Assembly: GCA_964599475.1 (NCBI GenBank)
Contig: CAZRFU010000016.1
Span: 17,619-81,618, forward strand
DNA from: an uncultured Thermoanaerobaculia bacterium
GTDB taxonomy: Bacteria; Acidobacteriota; Thermoanaerobaculia; Multivoradales; CAZRFU01
DNA: 64,000 bases
Direction: 5' to 3'
Below the pieces are notes generated by a model, which saw only the letters and a program-made list of their open reading frames with translations, did no database searches and had not been told where the DNA came from. The first letter of the stretch is position 1; each line of letters begins with the position of its first letter. The position numbers and the translations under genes are program-made. Positions 29,675-37,503 of the stretch are shown here, piece by piece.

Positions 29675-30573
29675 TGCGGGTCCTTCGCACCCCCGCCGAA
29701 CGTTTCGTCGGCCTCCCGGACTTTCCCTGGGTGCCGCGCGAGACCGAGGTCTCCGGGCTGCGCATGTGCCACGTCGATGCCGGCGAGGGTCGGCCGATCC
29801 TGCTGCTCCACGGTGAGCCGACCTGGTCGTTCCTCTACCGCACCATGATCCCGGTGCTGGTCGAGGCGGGATTTCGGTGCCTGGCACCGGACCTGATCGG
29901 CTTTGGCCGCTCCGGCAAACCGGCCGACATCGGTGCGTACTCCTACGCCCAACACGTCGCCTGGCTCGCTGAGTGGATCGAAGCCAACGATCTTTCGGAC
30001 CTGGTCTTGGTCGCCCAGGACTGGGGCTCTTTGCTGGGACTCAGGTTGGTGGCGGAACACCCAGGGCGTTTTGCCGCCGTGGTGATCGCCAACGGCTTCC
30101 TGCCCACCGGCGACCAGCGGGTGCCGGCGGTGTTTCGGCTGTGGCAGAACTTCGCGCGGTGGTCACCCTGGTTCCCAGTCGGGCGCATCGTGCAGTGGGG
30201 ATCAGCCACCACCCTGCCGCCCGAGGTCGTCGCCGCGTACGACGCACCGTTCCCGACCTCGGCCCACAAAGTCGCCGCCCGGGCCTTCCCGCGCCTGGTG
30301 CCCACCACCCCCGACAATCCCGCCAGCAGCGCCAACCGCGCCGCGTGGAAGGTCCTCGAAGGGTGGCACAAGCCCTTTCTGACCGCCTTCGGCAGCCGCG
30401 ATGCGATCTTTCGCGGCGCCGATCGGGTGCTCCAACAGCGGATCCCCGGCGCCAAGGGCCAGCCCCACACGATCATCCGCGGCGCCGGCCACTTCATCCA
30501 GGAAGACCGCGGGCCGGAGCTGGCGCGAGTGATTGCGGAGTTTGTGCGCGGGCTGGAAGGGGTTGGGGGTTAG
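29674..30573 (+). CDS. Haloalkane dehalogenase family alpha/beta hydrolase
   Basis: LLLHGEPTWSFLYRTMIP, DLIGFGRSGKP and the nucleophile elbow VAQDWGS. Collinear with DhlA/DhmA-type enzymes. Confidence 0.85.
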   Translation: MRVLRTPAERFVGLPDFPWVPRETEVSGLRMCHVDAGEGRPILLLHGEPTWSFLYRTMIPVLVEAGFRCLAPDLIGFGRSGKPADIGAYSYAQHVAWLAEWIEANDLSDLVLVAQDWGSLLGLRLVAEHPGRFAAVVIANGFLPTGDQRVPAVFRLWQNFARWSPWFPVGRIVQWGSATTLPPEVVAAYDAPFPTSAHKVAARAFPRLVPTTPDNPASSANRAAWKVLEGWHKPFLTAFGSRDAIFRGADRVLQQRIPGAKGQPHTIIRGAGHFIQEDRGPELARVIAEFVRGLEGVGG

Positions 30574-30586
30574 GGGTTAGGGGTTA
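30559..30586. repeat. Tandem heptads GGGGTTG GGGGTTA GGGGTTA GGGGTTA
   Basis: Four direct heptads span the dehalogenase stop codon (TAG 30571-30573). Confidence 0.85.
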
Positions 30587-30857
30587 GGCTCCGTGCAGAG
30601 GCTGTCGGCGGGTTGCTACGAGCACCATCGGTCCGTGGTCGCCACTCGAGGGTGATCGCGTGCCGGCCGGCAGGAGCGCGCAGGGCGAGGAAGGCGTGGT
30701 CGGCGATCGCCACCTCGAGCGGCCCACCCCCTACGGTCGAAGCCCGCCAACCCGGCCACGCCGGTTCGGTCACCACCACCCATCCGTCACTCTGCATCGA
30801 CACTTCGAGAGCCAAGCGGTTCGGCGCCTGCCGACGGGCGACGACTTGCCCGCTGGG
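30570..30857 (-). pseudogene. C-terminal remnant of a YfhO-like polytopic membrane protein
   Basis: VVARRQAPNRLALEVSMQSDGWVVVTEPAWPGWRASTVGGGPLEVAIADHAFLALRAPAGRHAITLEWRP matches the YfhO C-terminal pattern (...PGW.A.vdG......F..v.vpaG.H.v...Y.P). Upstream the frame runs straight into repeat-element sequence, with no N-terminal part. Confidence 0.55.
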
Positions 30858-30884
30858 ATTGCCAACCTCGGCCGGCGGCGCGCC

Positions 30885-31061
30885 GGGTGCACCACGGAGA
30901 CATGGGGAACTGCTCAGAAAATGGGTACCGGGTACCAGGTACCGGGTACTGAAGGCCGGATTTTCATCCGCTGGGGTGCACCACGGAGGCATGGGGAACT
31001 GCTCACAGATTGCCCCGAACGCCACTCCGACAAGTACCCGATACCCGGTACCCGGTACCTT
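30885..31061. repeat. Composite heptad-repeat intergenic element (best example of the family)
   Basis: The unit GGGTGCACCACGGAGRCATGGGGAACTGCTCA occurs twice, 88 nt apart (30885-30920 and 30973-31009). Heptads GGTACCG GGTACCA GGTACCG GGTACTG lie at 30924-30951, the core GAAGGCCGGATTTTCATC follows, and heptads GTACCCG ATACCCG GTACCCG GTACCTT lie at 31034-31061. Confidence 0.85.
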
Positions 31062-31131
31062 GCAAGCAGTGCGCGGACGGCTCGATCGTTCCTCCAGCCG
31101 GGGCGCACCACCGAGGGATCCACGGCAACGA

Positions 31132-32775
31132 CTAATCGTTCTGCATCAGGCCGCGGATCCGCCCACCGGGCTCGATGCGGACACGCCGCGCCGCGGGATC
31201 CTTGGGGAGTCCCGGCATGGTCATGATGTCGCCCGCAAGCGCCACGTAGAACCCGGCGCCGGCGGACAGCCGCACCTCGCGGATGGTGGCGATATCGCCA
31301 GGCGCCGGCCGCCCGCGTTTGGCCGGATCGTCGCCGAGGGCCAGGTGCGTCTTGGCGACACACACCGGCAGGTCCGGCCCCTCGATCGCGATCGCGTTGG
31401 CGAGGTCCTTCTTGGCCTTGGGGGTCAGCACCACGTCACTGACACCCCACGCGGTACGACCGATCAGCTTGAGCTTCTCCTCGGGGTGGACATCGAGCGG
31501 GTAGAGATGCCGGACATCCACCGGGTGAGGCTGCGCGGCCAGGACTTCGGCGACGGCGTCGGCGAGCTCGAGGGAACCATCACCTCCCTGGGCGAAGCCG
31601 TCACACGCCGCCACCGGCGTACCGCGGTCACGACCATGGGCGCGCACGATGTCGAGCTCCGCATCCGAATCGGTGGCGAAGCGGTTGAGGGCGACCACCG
31701 CCGGCACGCCGAACACCGCCAACGTCTCGAGGTGTTTGTCGAGCACGTCGAGGCCCTTGCGCAGCGCCGCTTCGTTGGGATCCCCAAGGGTTCCCGCGGC
31801 CGCGCCACCGTGGTGTTTGAGGGCCCGCAGGGTCGCGACGATCACCGCCGCGTTGGGGGCGAGGTCCTTGCGCCTTGCGACGATGTCGAGGTACTTTTCG
31901 CCACCGAGGTCGCAGCCGAAGCCACCTTCGGTGACCACGACATCGGCGTGGGCGAGTGCAATCCGGCTCGCGACCACACTCGAGCAGCCGTGGGCGATGT
32001 TGGCGAACGGCCCGCCGTGCACGAACGCCGGCCCTCCTTCGCGGGTCTGCACCAGGTTCGGCATGTGGGCGTCGCGCAGCAGGGCGGTCATCGCCGCAGC
32101 CGCCTGGATGTCGCTCGCGCGGACCGCCGAGCCGTCCGGGCGCCGACCGATGACGATCTTGCCGAGCCGGCGCTCGAGGTCGGCGAGGTCGTCGGCGAGG
32201 CAGAAGATCGCCATCACTTCGCTCGCGGCGGTGATGTCGAAGCGGGTCTCGCGCGGCACGCCGTGCACCGGGCCGCCGAGGCCGATGATCGCGTGCCGCA
32301 ACGCCCGGTCGTTCATGTCGAGCACGCGCGGCCAGGTCACGGTGCGCGCATCGATCGGCTCGCCGAAGTGCAACGCGGCGTCGAGCAGCGCCGCCAGCAG
32401 ATTGTGGGCCGCCGAGATCGCGTGGAGATCACCGGTGAAGTGCAGGTTGATCGCGTCGGCCGGCTCGATCGTCGCGAGCCCGCCGCCGGTGCCACCACCC
32501 TTGACCCCGAACACTGGGCCGAGCGAGGGTTCACGCAGGGACGGCACCGCGAGCTTGCCGCGTTTGCGCAAACCCATGGCGAGCGCAATCGACATCGAGG
32601 TCTTGCCTTCGCCCGCGGGCGTCGGGTTGATCGCAGTGACGAGGACCAGTTGGCCTCGACGGGCATCGGCTCGGGGTGCAGCCGCGATCTTGGCGCGGTG
32701 GGGACCCCACGGGAGGACGACGTCACGGGCGAGACCGAGCTCGTCCGCAACCGCTTCGATTGGACGCAGTGTCAT
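31132..32775 (-). CDS. fhs: Formate--tetrahydrofolate ligase
   Basis: TPAGEGKTSMSIAL, EPSLGPVFGVKGGGTGGG and full-length collinearity with Fhs. Confidence 0.95.
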   Translation of the reverse strand: MTLRPIEAVADELGLARDVVLPWGPHRAKIAAAPRADARRGQLVLVTAINPTPAGEGKTSMSIALAMGLRKRGKLAVPSLREPSLGPVFGVKGGGTGGGLATIEPADAINLHFTGDLHAISAAHNLLAALLDAALHFGEPIDARTVTWPRVLDMNDRALRHAIIGLGGPVHGVPRETRFDITAASEVMAIFCLADDLADLERRLGKIVIGRRPDGSAVRASDIQAAAAMTALLRDAHMPNLVQTREGGPAFVHGGPFANIAHGCSSVVASRIALAHADVVVTEGGFGCDLGGEKYLDIVARRKDLAPNAAVIVATLRALKHHGGAAAGTLGDPNEAALRKGLDVLDKHLETLAVFGVPAVVALNRFATDSDAELDIVRAHGRDRGTPVAACDGFAQGGDGSLELADAVAEVLAAQPHPVDVRHLYPLDVHPEEKLKLIGRTAWGVSDVVLTPKAKKDLANAIAIEGPDLPVCVAKTHLALGDDPAKRGRPAPGDIATIREVRLSAGAGFYVALAGDIMTMPGLPKDPAARRVRIEPGGRIRGLMQND

Positions 32776-33074
32776 GGACGCAACGATATCCCGCCGGCCT
32801 CGAACTGCGCATCACCCGAAGGTGTGGGCTTGGTCCAGCCCGCGGGAGACTCAGCCGCGTTCGCGCGCTTGCGACATTTCTCGAGGGTACCGTCAGTGGC
32901 TCGCCTCCGCTTGGTCGTGAGGTCGTGCGCTCCGCTCGACGACCGCTGCGGACCTCGGCACCACCGGATCCCAGATCTCGGCTCCCGGCCTTGGTCCCCC
33001 TATCGTCGACCGACTGCTGGTCAGCGAGCAGGGCGGGCGGTGGTGTGGAGGGCTCGCGGGTTGCGGCCTCCGCG

Positions 33075-34673
33075 TTAGCGCCGCAGCTGTCGTGCCCGCG
33101 CGGCCATCGCCACGACCAAGAACGCCACCGCGGCGGCCCCGACGACACTCGCGCCCGCCGTACCGCCGATCCAGTCCAGGCTCGGCGTTTGGTTGGCCGG
33201 GCCGACGTACCACAAGGCGACGTAGAGGCCTTCGAACAGGCGGCTGGTGCCGCTTGCCACACCGCAGGCGAGGGCGAGCGCCGGCACCATGGCGAGTCCG
33301 GCAGCGGCCACCGCCGCTCGAGCCCACGCGCCCTCGAGCAGCAGGCGGACGATCCAGGGTGCGAGCACCAGACCCGCGATCACCACTCCCGCGATCCAGG
33401 CCGCGATCACCTGCCGGCCGACCGGGCGCGGCGCCGCGAAGAGGATCTGATCGGTGCCGTGAGTGTGCTCGCGCGTGCCGAGCTTCGACCAGATCAGGAT
33501 CGGCATCAGCGCCGCCGCCACCGCGAAACCCTGCGCCGCGTCGCGACTCGAAAAGCACAGGATCGCGGTGGGGATCAGCAGCATCACTCGCAACGGCCAG
33601 GAGAGAGTCCCGAAAGCCAGGGCAAGCTCGGCGCGGACCAATCCCGCGAGCCGCCCACTGATCTCGAACGCCGGCAGCCGGGGCACTGCGCCCGCCGACC
33701 GCCAGCTGTCGGCTACCGTGGGCGCGGCCTGGCGGGCACGGCGCCGACCGCCGCTTCGAAGACTCGAAAAGCGGTCGAACCACGCGGCGGCGAACACCAC
33801 CACGGCAAACGACGCCAACACCACCAGCAGCCGCGGCCCAACCGTCGAGAGGCCCATATCGAGCCCGTTCCACTCGAACGCGGCGGCTCCGGTCGACAAT
33901 GACCCGCCGCCGATGTTGAAGGTGAACTGCCCCGGCTCGGCCCCGGTCGCGGCGACGTAGTCGGCGATCAGGTCACGCCGCACGATGCCCATGCCGAGCC
34001 AATCCCACACCCCGCCCCCTGTCAGCACCACCGCCGCGCCGAGCGACCAGAAGAAGAACCACACCACGTTGCCGACACCACCGCGCAGGCCCGGAATGGT
34101 CTCGAACAGCACCGCACCCGCTGCCACCGCCATCGCCGCCGGGAGGGCCACCACCAGGCTCGGCCACAACAGCGGCCACAGCTCCATCGCCGCCTCACCC
34201 CGTTGCCACTGCAGCAGCGCAGTGGCCGCCCCGAGGATCACGATACTCGTCGCAAACAGCACCACGTTGGCGAGCCACTTGGACGTGAGATAGGCCCACG
34301 ACGGCAGCGGTGTGGTCGCGAGCAGCTCGCCGACCCGTGAGCTGCGGTCGAAGGCGACGGTGCCCTTGACGAAGTAGAAACCGACCATGGTGACGAAGAA
34401 GCTCGTGGCCAGTGCCATCATGGTTCCAAGCCAGGCCGAATCGAGGGTGCCGCGCACCGCGCCCAGCCCCATTTCGACGTGGCCGGCAAAGCCCAACCAG
34501 CCGAAGCCGAGGGTGGCCACCACCATCGCCAGGAAGCTCCCGCGCCGCAGGCGCTCTTTCAGATCACCGACCGCCACGGCCGCGATCTGCACCACCGTCG
34601 GCCGACGCGGCCCGGCGAGGGCACCCGCCGCCAGAGAAAACCCCGCGACCAGCGGATGGTCGCCGGCGATCAC
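33075..34673 (-). CDS. ABC transporter permease-like polytopic membrane protein
   Basis: GTG 34673 overlaps the ATPase stop (GTGA). At least 10 predicted TM segments. The listed start at 34871 overlaps the ATPase gene. Confidence 0.7.
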   Translation of the reverse strand: MIAGDHPLVAGFSLAAGALAGPRRPTVVQIAAVAVGDLKERLRRGSFLAMVVATLGFGWLGFAGHVEMGLGAVRGTLDSAWLGTMMALATSFFVTMVGFYFVKGTVAFDRSSRVGELLATTPLPSWAYLTSKWLANVVLFATSIVILGAATALLQWQRGEAAMELWPLLWPSLVVALPAAMAVAAGAVLFETIPGLRGGVGNVVWFFFWSLGAAVVLTGGGVWDWLGMGIVRRDLIADYVAATGAEPGQFTFNIGGGSLSTGAAAFEWNGLDMGLSTVGPRLLVVLASFAVVVFAAAWFDRFSSLRSGGRRRARQAAPTVADSWRSAGAVPRLPAFEISGRLAGLVRAELALAFGTLSWPLRVMLLIPTAILCFSSRDAAQGFAVAAALMPILIWSKLGTREHTHGTDQILFAAPRPVGRQVIAAWIAGVVIAGLVLAPWIVRLLLEGAWARAAVAAAGLAMVPALALACGVASGTSRLFEGLYVALWYVGPANQTPSLDWIGGTAGASVVGAAAVAFLVVAMAARARQLRR

Positions 34674-35548
34674 GCCGCCACCTCGAGCTGGTCCTGGCCC
34701 AGGTTGACCAGATAGGCATCCTCGAGCGTCGGCGCCACGCCGATCGCCTCGGCCGCCGGCCGCGAACCAACGACGCGCAGCTGGACCCCGTCGCTGCGGC
34801 GGATGGTCCCGGAAACCAGGTGGCGACCCCGCAGCTCGGCGACTGCCGTGCTCGGTACCGTCCACTGCCACACCCGGCCGTCGAGCTCCGCCAACAGCTC
34901 CTCGGGGGTGGCGCGGCGGACCAACCGCCCCCCGGCGATCAACACCAAGTCGGTGGCGATCGCCTCGACGTCGGAGACCACGTGGGTCGAGAGCACCACG
35001 ATCCGCTCCCCGGCGAGATCCGCCAGCAGGTTGCGCAGTCGGACACGCTCTTCGGGATCGAGTCCCGCCGTCGGCTCGTCGACGATCAGGAGCTTGGGGT
35101 CATTGAGCAGTGCCTGAGCGATACCCACCCGCTGGCGCATCCCGCCGGAGTACCCACCCAGGGGACGGTGGCGCGCGTCCCCAAGATTGACCAGGTCGAG
35201 CAGCTGATCGATTCGCTGGGTCGCGAGGCGCGCAGGGATGCCCTTGGCCGCAGCGATGTAGGCGAGAAACTCGACCGCGCTCAGCTGCGGATAGACCCCG
35301 AAGTCCTGCGGCAGGTAGCCGAGCTCGACGCGCAGGCGGTTGGGCTCGGCCAGCACGTCGACGCCGTTCCACGAGATCGCCCCCGCGGTCGGCCGATTGA
35401 CCGTCGCCAGGATCCGCATCAGGGTCGACTTGCCGGCGCCATTCGGCCCCAGCAGTCCCACCACCCCCGGCCGCAACACCGCCGAAAAGCCCTGCAAGCC
35501 CCACTCGTTGCCGTAGCGCTTCCCGACCCCGTCGATCACCAAGCTCAT
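34670..35548 (-). CDS. ABC transporter ATP-binding protein
   Basis: GAGGGAG upstream of ATG 35548. Walker A GPNGAGKST, signature YSGGMRQR and Walker B LLIVDEPT. Confidence 0.9.
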   Translation of the reverse strand: MSLVIDGVGKRYGNEWGLQGFSAVLRPGVVGLLGPNGAGKSTLMRILATVNRPTAGAISWNGVDVLAEPNRLRVELGYLPQDFGVYPQLSAVEFLAYIAAAKGIPARLATQRIDQLLDLVNLGDARHRPLGGYSGGMRQRVGIAQALLNDPKLLIVDEPTAGLDPEERVRLRNLLADLAGERIVVLSTHVVSDVEAIATDLVLIAGGRLVRRATPEELLAELDGRVWQWTVPSTAVAELRGRHLVSGTIRRSDGVQLRVVGSRPAAEAIGVAPTLEDAYLVNLGQDQLEVAA

Positions 35549-35605
35549 CGCGTGCTCCCTCGTCGTCTGGAGAGACAACGCCCGGAACGCAGAGGTGTTA
35601 CGTGA

Positions 35606-35830
35606 GGGACCGGGGACCAGGGACCCGGGACCCGGGATACCAGAGACGGGCACTTGATTTCATCCCCCGGGGTGCAGCACCCAGGGGTGCATGGGAACTG
35701 CTCAGAAGGATGCCCTCACCGCTCCGGCGAGTACCCGATACCCGGCACCCGGTGCCACGCCGGTGGCGCACAGACGGTCCGATTTCATTCAACCTGGGCG
35801 TACCACCGAAGGCCCATGGGCAACTACACA
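35606..35830. repeat. Composite heptad-repeat intergenic element
   Basis: Heptads GGGACCG GGGACCA GGGACCC GGGACCC GGGATAC (35606-35640), GATTTCATCC, the unit GGGGTGCAGCACCCAGGGGTGCATGGGAACTGCTCA (35669-35705), heptads GTACCCG ATACCCG GCACCCG GTGCCAC (35731-35758), then a second degenerate GATTTCAT...CCATGGGCAACT unit. Collinear with 30950-31061. Confidence 0.85.
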
Positions 35831-37503
35831 AAGAGGCGCGGCGGGGCCTTGGCCTGGTAGTCACCGTCGCGCAGCTCCTCGCCGTCAGGGGTGCCGAAGC
35901 GGCCGGGCGCGAGGAAGGCGAGGATGCGATTGCGGCCGTTGCCCTTGGCGGCGTAGAGCGCCTGGTCGGAAAGCTCGAGCAGCTCCTTGCCGGACTCGAC
36001 GAACAGGCCCGGGAAGGTCGCCACGCCTCCCGACATGGTGACCGGCAGCCGTTCGCCCTCGAACCAGATCGGCAGCGCTTCGACCTCGGCGCGCAGACGT
36101 TCGACCACCGCGATCGCCTCCTCGGCCCCGAGTCCTTCGAGCAACAACGCAAACTCCTCGCCGCCCCACCTGGCGCACAGGTCGTCGTCGCGCAGCCGAC
36201 TGCGCAGCACCGCAGCAGCGTGGATCAGCGCCTGATCACCTGCCGCGTGGCCGTAGACGTCGTTGATGCGCTTGAAGAAATCGAGGTCGACCAGCGCCAC
36301 CGACACACTCTCGCCGCGCTCGGCGGCGCGCTCGAACGACTCCACCAGCCGCCGTTCGAACACCCGCCGCAGCGCCGCGCCCGTCAACGGATCCTCCCGC
36401 GCCTCGCGTCCCAGCACTCCGCGGTGGAGCCGCGCTCCGAGCTGCGGCAGCAGCCGTTCGATCAGCTCGGTCGACTGGCGGCCGAGGCGCCGCGGATCAC
36501 ACCACAACCGCACCACGGCAAGGGGTCGTCCCTCTGCCTCGAGCTCGTGCTCGAGCAGTTTCCAGCCCGAACGCCGGTGGATCCCCGGCAACATCGGCGG
36601 CGCCGTCGGCGGTTGGGGTCGGCCGACCACCAGGGAACCATCCGGGTCGCCCGCCCACTCCTGGCCCTCGCGACCATGCGCGACCACCTCGAGATGGAAC
36701 CACTCGATCGGCACAGCGTGGCGCAGCTCGCGCCAGATGCTCGCCACCGCCTCCTCCAGATCCGAGGCGCCGCGGCTGAGCCGTTCGCCGGCGCGGCTGA
36801 GGCGTTCGAGCTCGCGGCCGCGCTGGCGCTCCCGCGTCGCCCGACGCCGCGACTCGAGCAGCTCGAGAGCTGCGGCTGCGGCCACCACGGCGACCGCATA
36901 CCTCCCCAGCGGCGGGCTCGCGGCAGCGGCCCAGATGATGATGTCGGCCACCGTCCGCACGGCGGCCCTGGGCCCGGGATCGAGCCGATTCGTCGCGGCG
37001 AGCCCCGCGGTTCCCGCAAGGCCGGCGGTGATCGCAACGATCAGCAGCTGCGCCGGCTCGGAGGCCCCCACCGCGGTCGCGGCCCGAGACGCCATCGACG
37101 CTGCAGCCACCGACGCGATCACCACGGCAAGCGCGACTCCGGCGCAGCGCAATCGCTCGCGGCGTCGGTCGACACCATCGACCCACCACGCGACGATGGC
37201 CCCGCCGAGGCTCCCAACTGCGGCGAGCAGCAACGCGGTGCGCACCAGCCCGTCGGCGACGAGGGGGGCAATCACCAGCGCACCCCAGCCGAGGCCCGGT
37301 GTGGTCGCACCCCGCGCAGCCACGGCGGTGATCACCACCCCTGAGGTCACCAGGATCCAAGCCCAGTCGATCCGAGACCGGTCGAGCATCCACAACGACA
37401 CGACCGCAATGGTCACGAGGGCGACGAGGACCAGCCGCCGACGATCGGCACGGCTGCCTGGCGAAAGTCCGGCGAGTGCCCGGGGCCGCACCACCTCACT
37501 CAT
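35824..37503 (-). CDS. Membrane-anchored diguanylate cyclase (GGDEF)
   Basis: N-terminal multi-TM region, a central sensor-like region, and a C-terminal GGDEF domain with DPLTGA..RR, VDLDFFKRIND and an intact GGEEF. Confidence 0.85.
   Translation of the reverse strand: MSEVVRPRALAGLSPGSRADRRRLVLVALVTIAVVSLWMLDRSRIDWAWILVTSGVVITAVAARGATTPGLGWGALVIAPLVADGLVRTALLLAAVGSLGGAIVAWWVDGVDRRRERLRCAGVALAVVIASVAAASMASRAATAVGASEPAQLLIVAITAGLAGTAGLAATNRLDPGPRAAVRTVADIIIWAAAASPPLGRYAVAVVAAAAALELLESRRRATRERQRGRELERLSRAGERLSRGASDLEEAVASIWRELRHAVPIEWFHLEVVAHGREGQEWAGDPDGSLVVGRPQPPTAPPMLPGIHRRSGWKLLEHELEAEGRPLAVVRLWCDPRRLGRQSTELIERLLPQLGARLHRGVLGREAREDPLTGAALRRVFERRLVESFERAAERGESVSVALVDLDFFKRINDVYGHAAGDQALIHAAAVLRSRLRDDDLCARWGGEEFALLLEGLGAEEAIAVVERLRAEVEALPIWFEGERLPVTMSGGVATFPGLFVESGKELLELSDQALYAAKGNGRNRILAFLAPGRFGTPDGEELRDGDYQAKAPPRLFV

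Noticed and set aside
30559-30586. TTAGGGG-type repeats considered as telomere-like sequence of a linear replicon
   Set aside because: There are only four units. They are embedded between two convergent genes in the middle of the contig, and the same 7-nt periodicity is seen in other internal repeat arrays.
32776-33074. 299-nt leader upstream of fhs, examined as a possible ZTP (pfl) or THF riboswitch
   Set aside because: I could not find the conserved ZTP elements (the GGGUCGUGAC/ACCGGGG-type 5' subdomain and the CCGCCUGGGC 3' pseudoknot strand) or THF motifs on the minus strand. An Infernal scan would settle it.
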